Source: Ascidiella aspersa
Lineage: Eukaryota
Assembly (NCBI GenBank): GCA_963924565.1
Contig: OZ004612.1
Coordinates: 7,378,001 to 7,442,000, forward strand
Reading direction: 5' to 3'
DNA length: 64,000 nt
This document shows positions 24,517 to 36,291 of the stretch, in pieces. How positions within the stretch are numbered: the stretch's first letter is position 1; the number at the start of each line of letters is the position of its first letter. The position numbers and the translations under genes are program-made. Below the pieces are notes generated by a model. It was not told the DNA's origin. It saw only the letters and a program-made list of their open reading frames with translations, and made no database searches.

Positions 24517-24946
24517 ACCCCAAGTAAGAACTGCTACAAGCAACGGAAACGCATTCTCGACGAAAGCGAATCGTAAAAAGCAAGTCGGGGACAACAACCA
24601 TCTAAACCAGAATTCGCACCAGCGATACCAAAACGGACATCTCACTCAGCAGCAGTACAACCACCAGCGGCACCAGTACCAAAACCACCAGATCGGCCAT
24701 CAACAGCAACCAGCAGGCAAACACCAGCAGCAACAACAGCAACCCAACCCCAAGCGACAACCTGTCGCGTGTCGCGTGCAGCAGAACGCGTCGACGGGCG
24801 ACAGGATGCGACAACGCCGGGTATTCCCCACTAATTACTGCGCCCTGCTTAAGAAGGCCCCACCACCCATTCCCACCAATCTGATTAAGGGATTAAATGG
24901 GGTTGACCACTCGTCCAGGAAAAAGGACCATCCGGGACTCGGAAAG
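24517..24946 (+). CDS. KIF26: KIF26-like exon, Gln/His-rich N-terminus and pre-motor segment (FPTNYCALLKKAPPPIP...KDHPGLGK)
   Basis: Acceptor ttcctttccag, donor AAG|gttggt phase 0. PGLGK joins directly to VKIMLRI of the next exon. Confidence 0.9.
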
Positions 24947-25036
24947 GTTGGTGATCTTAGTGTATAACTTTCGGGATAACAGGATGCAACATTGCAGATC
25001 AAAGGACCATTAACAATATAAAGTAGAGTAGATTAA

Positions 25037-25181
25037 TAAAAAAATTCAAAGCCGAAAAGGTCGAGATCTGTCTTGATTAAGACGTTTCGATACAAGCTTT
25101 TAACCGAAGATGATACAAGCTCGTATCGAAACGTCTTAATCAAGAAGATGTCGTTTTTAGCTTTGGAATTTATTATCACAT
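25037..25181. mobile_element. Inverted-repeat Penelope-like/retrozyme remnant (copy 2) in KIF26 intron
   Basis: CTTGATTAAGACGTTTCGATAC (25072-25093) is the reverse complement of 25123-25144. Shares sequence with 11640-11913. Flanked by TAGATTAA direct repeats (25029-25036, 25182-25189). Confidence 0.65.
25100..25139 (+). ncRNA. Degenerate minimal type I hammerhead ribozyme motif
   Basis: TTAA-CCGAAGA-T-GATAC-AAGCTC-GTATC-GAAAC-GTC-TTAA. One mismatch (U4 to C) to CUGANGA. Confidence 0.6.
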
Positions 25182-27517
25182 TAGATTAAAATTTTAATAA
25201 TCATCTGAAACATGGTTTGTACATTAAACCTTAAAATTAGCTTTGTGATGTTCTTATTCATGTATTAAACATAATAAGAGTAGGTAAAAACATACAAACA
25301 ACCAACAGGTGACTTATCGGTATAACAATGCTTTCCTGGTGCTAACGTAGGGTACAATTACCGGCGTTTCGTATTGTTAACGTCGTATAGCTTTGCTATA
25401 CTTATAAGAGCAGCAGCTATAGCGAGTCATATAATCTGACTAAGTATTTAATCCGTTGTATCTATTGTAATGGTTAAGTGTGCGCCAATTCACAACCCGT
25501 TATATAACAATGGCCACTCGGACGTTGTTGCCACGCTTTCAGCTGTCTGTTCACAGTAACTCTATGTTTTACGGAGGAAGCTGAACTCTATACTCCACTA
25601 ATAGGATTAAAGGATTAATGATTTCGGAGCTCATTGCTTACGTTCACGCAATCCAAGCATTTGACTCTTGTGTCCAAGGTATATGGCACAATGACACACA
25701 TACAGAAAAACCAAGCTGCTGTTTCTGCCGTCCATATAATTGCTAGTCATGATAAGAGCGCGTGCGTTCCTATTTTAAGATTGAGTGCTTGCCGTAAGGT
25801 GTTGTCATTTTTTTAAGAGCACAACACTTATCTTTGCAACAACATGCGCGATTTTATTTCAAGGTAGACAAAATCCAGCCAAGCGGCGCAAAACCATTTC
25901 AAGCGTTTTTACGACGGCTATCTTAACCTGACGATAACAACATTAAAATCATTTGTTGGCTCATTATCCGCAATAGCAAATGATGCACACACTCTCTAAT
26001 ACATTTATCACCGACTTTACCGCAGTAAGCAATCAATTTGTACCTGGCAGTTAAAGTGTTTTACTGGAGTTTAACTGCTTTACGGGTTTGTTTTACACAC
26101 ACTTGTTTGACCAGTGCTTTCATTACTCTCCAGGTCATCTGGAGACTAATTTGTCAGTTTAATTTTGCGGCTTGACGTTTAACCGATATGGTATCGTTTA
26201 AATAAGGGGCGCTGTATCCTAGTAACCTCATGAGTTTAATCCAGTTTCATGCTCTTTAGGTTTAATAGTTGCACAATTACAAGATCTTAACGAGATGCAC
26301 AACAGATTCATCTTCGTAAATTAAGCAGCGCAAAACTTGTCATACACGAACGTTTATTAGATTAGAGCCATTTATGAAGGCAACTCCTTTGAAAAGCCAT
26401 GCGGTCTAACTTGTTTTGCAAGCCAAAAACGTCTTAGAACCGCATGAGGCCGACGCATGTCGCTGGAAGCGGGCGTAAATGAGATCTTTAGATTTGCCAT
26501 TCGTTAAGTCGCCTGAACCGCAAGTGCACGTCAGTCGTTTGCGCGAACGCACAGAGATACGCAATGTCATCATTCCAGTCTTCGCGGCATCTCGCATTTT
26601 CCTATAGTGCGATGTTGCACTGAATATGTGACGATGGAAATCACCTCGACCCTTGCAAAATAAAGTCGATCTTAATTCCTGATCAGTAACAGCAGAATAC
26701 CCTAGCAAAGCTAGCAATTCAGGTCCGATACTATTAAAAGATCTTAAAAGATATATATTTTCGAAAGGCATCGTCAGTATCTTTGAATAAACCAACGCAA
26801 CAGTCTTCCTGAATTGTGCGATTAGAACTGCCAGTTTTCTCCCACAAGTTTGCTCAACAAATTGGTGCGAAATGGTAACTGGCAGTTCATAAAGTGACAG
26901 TAATGTACTAGTAAAAACTGCAGGCGTGAAAAACGTGCATAAAACGATCTTTTGCGGCGACCACAAGTAAACCGACTGAGATAGATTCCGAATAAATGCT
27001 AGCGCCAATTAGAGCGCCAAATTGGAGCGGTATGTTCGCCTTTCCGCAGCGCTAAGTGCCCCAACGCGCATGTAGTTTACACACACGCGCGTACGCGCAC
27101 ACATACTCACACACACACACACGAAATCTGCGAGGGTTACCGGGGCAGCGGCACCAGCGGATCGCTTATTAGTCGAGCCGGGGCCGAGCGTGCCCGAAAG
27201 ACCGCCAAGGCTCCTTTTGATTCGGCGCCTATTTGCCCCACGCAAATACGGCCAGCGGGCGCCCTTATCCCCCGCAATGCTTTCGCTGTGGCTGTCGCCA
27301 GAGTTGTGCCATGTTTTTGGACCAAATTGCCGACGGCGAGCGCCTCTTCTGAGATTCCGAGACGCCTGTGCGGTTATTAGTTGCGGAGGGGGCGGTTAAA
27401 AGACGCCACATAAACATTTTGCCTGGGTTTCATAAGTCCATTTTAATAACTTCTTGCTATACGTTTTACGTACACCTCGAGCCAAACGGCGTTATACAAC
27501 CTTTCCTTTTAAGACAA

Positions 27518-27883
27518 GATCGACAAAGTGCTGGATTTTAAGTAACATGTGGATTTCCCTGGAAGTGTTGTTCAATTAACGCTACAATCGCCTTTAATAT
27601 TTAGCTCAAACGTGTTATAATCGAATAGTAATTACTTTTTGCCAAATGCACTTTCCTTACATCACCGGCACTATATAGCCTTCACCTACCAGACGTGAAA
27701 GGTCGACTGCTGGATTTAAGAAACTTGTCGATTTCTCCTGGCAAAGGGGGTTTTATGGACGTAACAACCGCATTTCACTTTTAGCTCAAACTTCCAATAA
27801 TTCAGTTCTAATTACCACTTGCAATGACGTTTCCTTGCACCCGAAGCCACCAGCACTATAGTATATAGCCTAGACGTGATAGG
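27518..27883. repeat. Old tandem duplication, two ~180-bp units
   Basis: TGCTGGATTT..AAG, GATTTC..CTGG, TTTAGCTCAAAC, TTTCCTT, CACC.GCACTATA and AGACGTGA each occur twice in the same order. Confidence 0.8.
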
Positions 27884-30800
27884 CCTTGAGCCGGTTCGGC
27901 TCGTTCATGCCCCGCCAATCGCGCCTGGCATCTTCTCAGATCGCATTTATCATGTTTGATCAAACCTTTGCGTGCGAAAATACACTTTCCGGCGAGTGGA
28001 GATCGGGCCGCCAACAGCACCGCACGGAAGCCCGGCGAAATCGGGAAGTGGCGGTTAAACAAATGCCGTCGTCGTGTTTGGGTAATTCCGGCAAACGTTG
28101 ACGTGTGAAAGCCGTAAATCATGGTCGGTTGCCGGCGATTCGACCAAATTGGACTTTGTCCGCAAAATTAGGTTGGTCCTAGTAGGGAATATCGGGGTGA
28201 ACGGAGGGTCATTTTGTTATAAATTTTATGCCAAATTTTACCAAAATCCAACACCTATCGTATGCTATTTTATAACTTGATATGGCGGCCATCCTTTTTA
28301 CGTTTATCTTTGATTTTTCACTTTGCCTAATTCCTGCAAGTTATTTGAAAATGTCAGACCCTCAATTGATAGCTTTTTTCTACCGCGTCCAAATAGTTTC
28401 CGCGTGAATATTTAAAATGTTCAATAATGTTGCTTAAAAAATCCTTGGTAAGTTTTATTCACTTTGGCACTTTCTTATAATATTGCTTTGGAAGTTTGCC
28501 AAAGATAATCACAAATATCAAACAAAATCTACTTTTGTCGGCAAATACATTCTCCAGCGTGCATTTATCAATGAAGTAAAAAACCCTTTTCCAAAGTCCG
28601 GTTTAGATTCCAGTTCGGAAGAATATACTTCAACTGGCGGAGTTCACGTCTGCATAAAATGTTATGCAAAAGCGACCAGTCGTCCAGCGCCAGTCAGCAA
28701 ATCCAAACCCCCACAATTTCACCAAATCACTGTTTTCGCGTCGCTTTTGTTATTGGCTTTGGACGCCGCGCGCGGCAGAAACAGGAACGCGTGCGATTAC
28801 TGTTCAGATATCAAACGCCGTATATTTTCCCTTCACTCGCCGTGTGTGCCCGCTTGAAGAAAAGGACACTGTTTAAACACGGTCTCAGCCCGGGCACCCT
28901 TGTCGGTTTTGTGTGCCTCAGAAGTCAAACACGCTGGCCGCGCGCGCTCGCGTACTAATACATTGTCGACGTCACAGGCAATTTGCTGACGTCATAATTG
29001 GAATGCTGAGCCGCATCGCCATGACAATCGGGCGGACGTTATCTGTTTTTTTATTCCCTTGCAAAGGTGACCCTGCTGTCGTTAAGGTTAAAGGCCCGGT
29101 TAACGAGCCGACCGCGCAAACTTTCACCCAATAAAAGTTTTATCGGGCGTGAGGCGGGCACGATGGCGAAATGTTTGTCAGGCAATTATAACGGCGCTTG
29201 GTGGAAGGCCTCTGAGAAGAGTTCGACCTAGGGTGTACGCGTTTTCAAGGCAAAGGGCTTGCAACGATACGTTGACAGCATAACGCCTAACAAAGATAAA
29301 AAATTCCTGATTTGTAAAAAACTTTATGGTTTTAAATGGAGTTACGCCGTATTTCTTACTTGCTCGAGGTTAGAATCTTGTCAAATTTTCCTCCCAAAGT
29401 TTGCTATACTTACGATAGGTTTTGTGATACGACATAGTTTTAAGTTAAAAACGGTGGAATACATGTGCGAAAGAAACATTGACAGTCAACAAAATACTAT
29501 TTTTTATGTACATTAATAGTGAAGCTCAAATGTAAGAAGTCTGGCTTAAAGTTGCCCACAGCAAAAATACAAATAGATTTCGCAAATTATAAGAGGTTAA
29601 TTCCACCGGCAATTCTTTTACATTCCCGGGGGCAACGCCAATGATATTTTGTATTATTTTAACCCCGGGCGTTTTACCATTTCAAGTTGGGGCGACATTG
29701 TATTAAGATGAGACGTGTGTCGACTGTGAAACATTTGTCATTCTTCCAAGCTAGCTCGCGTAGGTATATTTTCAAACTGGCAAAAACGGGTTTATTATAC
29801 CAGCGGTTAAACACCTGTTAAATTAGATAGACTATAGCAAGCCACCTCGCTCACAACAATAGCTTCCTATCGTGTTTCACGCGACACACGATAGATTTCT
29901 ATAGCTTAAAACGAAATCTTACATTAACCCAAGAGACAATGCCGAAGAAAGGGGAAATGGGCTTAGACGCTGTGTGTTGCAACACCGATAGTAATCGTCG
30001 GGTAAGCGGAAATCCAAACTCAAACGCTCGAGTAGTTGCAAGAATTTTTCGTATTCCCGTTTTAAGTGCAAGGGATTGTGTATCAAGCAGATTTCTACGG
30101 GCGTTTAAAATTACAAAGTTCTGCGCTTTAAAAAATCTTGATTAATGCACCTGCGCGCATGCAATTCGAACCGAAACTACGCCAGGAATCCTATAAAATG
30201 GAGTCGATCAAGCCTCTTAACGTTTCCGACCAAAAACAAACCGATACAATTGCTTTCCAAATCCCAGCGCAACAAACCACGGCGCACTGTCCAATGTGTA
30301 CAGGAGACACATGCGTATTAGAAATCGACGTGCGTATAACGCAACCCGTGATTTACGGCGTGACGTCACAGACAGAGGCCGACGCACGTCACGCCAAACC
30401 AGTGGGACGGAACACGAGGGGTGCTGCCGCTAGCCATGAGGCGATTCCGTTGGTTACCAATGCACAGTGTTTAATACGACGCCGCCTGGATTTGTTGTTT
30501 TGTTGTGTTGAGCGCTTTTCATTGCAATACACGAGCGCAATCTGTCGTTGGCTCACGGTCGATTTTAATGATTTCCTAATCTTCCCTTTGGTCTTTCGGG
30601 AGCCGGACCGTCGCGCCGTGGCCCGGAGGCGCGCGCACACGGCGACAAAATTGTAGGTCGCCATCGACTTGCCTCTGAACGGACAAAAGGCCAGGGCAAC
30701 ATATTTTCGAAATTGGCTATTGCGTTTTTTCGGGAATGCGCCTAAATTACAAAACCAGGTCTTGTGCCTGTAAGCCGTTTGGGTTAATGTACATTTTAGG

Positions 30801-31484
30801 GATGAGGTCCCCTACATTTTCACACAAAATTAATACTAAAACATTCTTAGCTTTTAATCAGCGTTTAAATAAACCTGTTAAAAAGTTTTTTTGCCATTTT
30901 ATACACTTTATATATTATTTGGTCCCAACAATTAAAAACATACTTTTAAATGGTCAGCATTAAACCTATAATTAAAATGGCCTACATTTATGCCAAAAGT
31001 CTTATATATATTGGATTCCTTTGCTGGTTAAAAGTCTTGCTTGGCAAAAGAGAAACAAAACCGCTCTCCGACCGCTATATACGATTGGACTCGTAAATTA
31101 CGGCTTATGTATTATTCAGCGAAGCGCATTAAGCTTTAAAGGGCCTTGACTGGGACGAAAGCTCAATGGCGCAATGGCGCAAGGCTTCAACCAGTGTAAG
31201 GTATTTTGAAGATAATTCCACGCACTTGCAGAGCTATTAATTATGTCATAGGCATAAAGTCACAAACTTTAAGTCGATACAAATCAATACGATGGCAATT
31301 AAGTGTTTCACTCTATTTTGGTTCGCACAGTACGCCCTTAACTAAATACGTACAGCTTTTCATAATGGCCTTACAAATTACCTCTAATTTGTTCCCTAAT
31401 AGCCGCTTTGCTTGAGCGCAAATCGAAAATGTATCATTATGCACCAGTAGAGAACATGACTCTCAGTCGCCGATCCCTAGCGCG

Positions 31485-31520
31485 GGGTCAAGGGTTCACG
31501 GGGTCACGGCGCAAAGGTCA
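31485..31520 (+). promoter_or_regulatory. Cluster of four RGKTCA nuclear-receptor half-sites (DR2-DR2-DR8), candidate RARE
   Basis: GGGTCA-ag-GGTTCA-cg-GGGTCA-cggcgcaa-AGGTCA. Confidence 0.5.
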
Positions 31521-34500
31521 AGTGTCACTTCGGTGCGGCGTCGAGAGTCCGGCCATCCATAAGGGTCGCGTTTCCGCCCCCTACTTGGCCACGTCACTCG
31601 GATGGGTGAAACATTATAGGGGTGTAGCGTTGCCCCTTATCGGATAATCTCGCGCCCCCTGTTTTTATCGCTATTGAGAAGCGCGAAGAGAAAATTTGGG
31701 AAACTGCTTGTTCGTTTATTTAAAGGCGACGGTTTTGGGTGGATCAGATCATCTGGGGTGGGCGAAATAAGCCACCGTTCTTCTGACGCTCGTTGTGCAA
31801 CAAGGGCTTGCGTTGTTTTGTTTTAAATAAAACATTTTTTACAAGCTTTTATAATTACGAGGCTGAAATAATAAAAGTCAATCACTTGATTCAAGCACAT
31901 TGAAGTCACTTGATTTTCGCAAATTTTACTTTTTATGGGGTTGAATATGTAAAATATTATTCATAATTGAATGAGTTAATCTATTTAATAGTATGATATT
32001 TAGTATTGAATTTTAGTTGGACTTGACTTGGCATGGTCGATTTATTTGATTAGATCGTGTTATACAATTTGTACTTTTGTGGCGTAACTGACTTTAGTTG
32101 GAGTTGTGTCATTTTAAAACACTTTTCAAAACCCTTCTTAATTGTGTTGTGATGTTACATTTTGTCAAATAATAAACATTAACAAAAATATAGTGAGCAC
32201 AAGTAAAATAGAGCAATTTAAAGAGGGTGTGCTCTCATATTTTGGCAACAACAACAGTTCACGCAGAACATAATTTAAGCCGACGGGGCTTTCTGTTAAT
32301 GGGTTCTTTTTAATTTTTTTGTGTATGCGCCTAATATATATTTATACACTTTTAGGACATTTTTTTAATGTTTTTTACCGTCTTAAGTGCTTGACACCGT
32401 TCGAAACGGAAAAGTGTTTTCAAACTCCCGTCATGCCGCTCGCTTTGAAAAACACGCGCACTTTGAAAAGCCATTTCTGTCCACAAACACCTGGCTTACT
32501 TAACTAAAGTGTTACAGGCGGCAAGAATAAGGTGCCAAAGTACACCGCCTCGAGAATCAATCGGTTTTCCGAACATGGTTCACACACCAGTCATGGCGCT
32601 TGTTTGGAAAACGACTTCCCCCGGGTTTGGCCAATTGCAGCGACCTTACCTGTAATGTATGTAGACCAGTGAAAGTGAGCGGCGCGCACAAAGCCTATTG
32701 ACGTACGTAAGGCGAAAGTTATTTCGGTGAAATTGCCGTGAACGAGCCGACGCGAAAGCTCGGCTGTCGCTCTGGTTTGCTATTTTCTTCGTTTTCGCCT
32801 CGTCCCTTTAATGCGAAACACAATAGCTCAAAGGAGATGTTATGGCGGCCGAAAATAGCTTTTTCTGTAAGACTGTCGTCGCTTTGAATGCCATGATAAA
32901 AGTCGAAATGATCGGTTGTTTCAGCGGGGGTGTTTGGGGGTATTCTATAACTGCTGATAGTTGGGGGTGATGCCGTTCTCCGTAATAGTGATCGTATTCT
33001 GAAGCAAACACGAGTTTCCTCCAATTAATTGCACTAAAGCTCATATTAAATTCCATAAAACCGTAGTTATGTATAGGCAGTGGCATTCGTGGCGATTTTT
33101 TTTCTTTTAAAAGGTCATTCGAAACGTTCACAGTAACAAAACTAATATAATAAAGCGAAAATAAATAAGGTATGAAAACTCGAAACTTTAATGTTATTCT
33201 ATTGTTTGTAGCTGGAATTAAACACATTATAATGTGGTGTCGCTTGCACCGAGAAAAGTCGCAATACATTTTGTTGTTGTTATTGCATTCGGCTTATACT
33301 TGCAAAAAGGCAACGGCGACCAACGTAGCCGCAAAGGCAGGTGCAACGAAAGCAGAGCTGTTGGCGTAATAACGGCGCACCACAATACTTGCTCTTGAGA
33401 CTTGTACACCTTGGCTGGTTGTTGCCGCGCTCTCAAGTGCTGGTTTCCACAGGCTCGAAAAACTTAAACGATCGAGCGAGTGAACAGAGCACACAAAACG
33501 CACGACGTTTGAAGCATCTCATAGGTGAAACAGGTGCCCGCGACGATAGCCGCTTGTCACTCTGGCGCGTTTAAAGCGAAAGCGCAGTGCTGCTGTTGTC
33601 ACAGGCATTTTCCGTTAATACCCAAAAAGCAGGTGCGCCGGACCCCTATATAGTCGAAAAGCCGCGAGAGCAAGAATCACACGACTCTCTGAGACAAGCC
33701 CCACGCATAGACTTCTCGACTAAATCGCGAAAGTATTCGCTTAAAAGCCGCAGAGCGATGGCATCGGTTACTCGGAACGATGCTGCCTTGTCAATCTGGG
33801 CAAATGATGGGCGCTGGAATTTCACTTTCGACTTAAGTCAAGTAATAGATCCCAACGGGAATAGGGAACCCATACGCCTGTGTTAATCCCTCAAACCGCG
33901 CCAGACCCGGGACGGGTGCCATGGGCCGCATTTCGGAGCCAAATCGCGGCGTCATAAGGGTTTGTGTGCGCACCAAAGCGGTTGCAAGATAGGTTGTTTC
34001 GCTAGATGCTGTGCCTCGTCATATAAGTGAGCAATGCGATTCGTTCAATTCATATTCGTGTAATCTTTTTTGGTGGTGGGAGATCAGCCGCTAAGAATAT
34101 TGAAGCGCCGGAATCTATAGCATTATTGCAATGGCCACCATTGCAAACTCATCATAACCTATTGAACTCATTTGTTTTCTTGCCCTATAGTACATTGCCT
34201 CCAACAATCGGCTTTGGATATTGTGCATTTGACTTGGTATTCAAATAAGATTCTGTTATTGAAAAAAAACTGTTTTTAGTAAATTATACTAGAATTACTG
34301 AAGCTGGTTCAAAAAAGAAAGCGTAATCCTTGTACGATTAAGTAACGATTCATTATGAGAAAACAAGACTTTACTTGTCTGCAATATATGACGCTTTTGT
34401 AATCTACGGTTTAAACAAAATTTGTGTGTTGTAGCTGGATTATTTGTTTTATCTTATAACAAATATCGATTCAAAAATTGAAATGAACCACCCTTTCGTT

Positions 34501-36031
34501 TAAGGTATTTTTTCACACTTGCGATCAACCAATCATAGCCTTTTATTCTCAGTAAAAGCGGTATTGCCGTCAGATTCGGGCGTTGAAAATGGGCGAACGC
34601 TTTCATACAGTGCGCAGATTGATTTGGGATTCTGCAAATGGAAAACGTTTCGATCTGACGTAAACGATTTACGAGCCCGGGAACAATCGTGTTTGCTGGG
34701 TTCCAATTTCAAGTTTTCAAATTGCAATTTCAAACCGCAGGCTAGGCTCTAAGAAACATAAAAAGTTGCACTTTAATAGAGAGTTTTCTGGCAAGGAGAC
34801 ATTGCTCTCCCAATTAATGGGCGCTGAGAAGCAAAAACGCGTGAGAGGCGAAAATGAGAGATATATCTACCGGCTTCCGCGAAATTGGCAGAAGGGTTTG
34901 TTTGGGCTTGGGAGCAACGAAGCAATTTCGAAACCGCCGACGAAGGCCGTTAAAATTTTATTTCCGGCATAAAAATCTTGCGATAGGCGACCGCCTTTTG
35001 ACGCTTTGCAGCCAAAACATTTTACTTGGCCACTAAACACAGGCAACTATATAAGGTGCAGTGGTGACCAAGAATAACCGCCAAAAAGAGGCCTAAAAGG
35101 CTTGTTACCATGAAGTCTACAAAATATCAAATCTTAAAACTTTTAACACGCTAATATGTCGTTTTAACAATAAGGACACAAATTATCGATTTTCATATTT
35201 GTAGACCTAAAATATTAATTTTAAACTTGAAAGATCTTGAAGATCGACTTTTTTATATGCTTGATATTGGCAGACTTTCAACTTTTTGCGGGAATTATGT
35301 TAAGACCACGGTGGAAATTTAATAGTCTTACTTTAATCGAACAACAAGGTGTGGCGCACAGTAACTTTTAACCACTTTCGCACCCTCTTCCTAAAATTGC
35401 AGCCCGCTGCTTTTTAGGGCGGCCAAATTTCCAACCATGTCGCTTATTGCTTGTCGCGTGCGGCGCGACGTTATTGTGTAGCGGGGCGGCGCAGTTGAAA
35501 GGGACTGGACCGACATCTTGCCAGGCTCGCCGCTGTATACACAGCTGGTTCTGGCGTGTATAGCAGCCGGTGTGTGTGTCTCAACACACGTTAGGCCGTG
35601 TGATGTCTCGCTGCCAGAACGGGCTGCAAAGGTCTGGACGACATAAGCGCTCGTGAGAAACGGTAACGTTAAAGTGTTTTACGGCCGATTCCGTCGCCTT
35701 GCTTGCCTGTCGCCCAGGCCTTTAATAAATCTCGTCGAAATGAAGGCAAATACGCGCTAGCATGAGAGGCATAGTTGGCATGATTATATAGAACAATAAA
35801 TAAATCGCAACCCAATAAAACCCAAACCACTAGGGGTGGACACTAATAATTTTCTTCAAAAAACCTTTTTCATAGAAAGGAATCAGTATTGTGGCGACCA
35901 TGGCTCGGTTTTTCAAAATGAATTTCTCTTGTCTTTATTCATGGCGCATTCGATGTATTTCCCGTCTTCGAAAATGTCTATAGTGGACCCAAACAACAAC
36001 AACATATAGGGCCAATAAACAATTTGCAGAC

Positions 36032-36291
36032 TAGAGATATTGACGATTCGTAATTGGCTTTAAAGAATGCAACATAGCCTAGAGATCATCGTAGGAATCA
36101 ATATATATCGCCCTTGACTTGTACGTATTGCCCGTGTTAATATTTTTGGCGATTTCGGTGTATAGTCCTTGTCCCACGATACTTTTGTGGCACTAAACAA
36201 AAACGTAAGCTCAATGAAGGATATACAGATTAGAGATCTTGACGATTCGTAATTGATATCATACCATGCAACATAGCACAGAGATTATTGT
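36032..36291. repeat. About 60-bp direct repeat pair spaced ~200 bp
   Basis: TAGAGAT.TTGACGATTCGTAATTG...ATGCAACATAGC..AGAGAT at ~36032 and ~36231. Confidence 0.8.

Noticed and set aside
26406-27008. 200-aa antisense ORF in the KIF26 intron
   Set aside because: Non-ATG start and no recognisable domain or splice context.
30138-30656. 172-aa intronic ORF
   Set aside because: No recognisable motif, and the flanking KIF26 exons join directly (PGLGK|VKIMLRI) without it.
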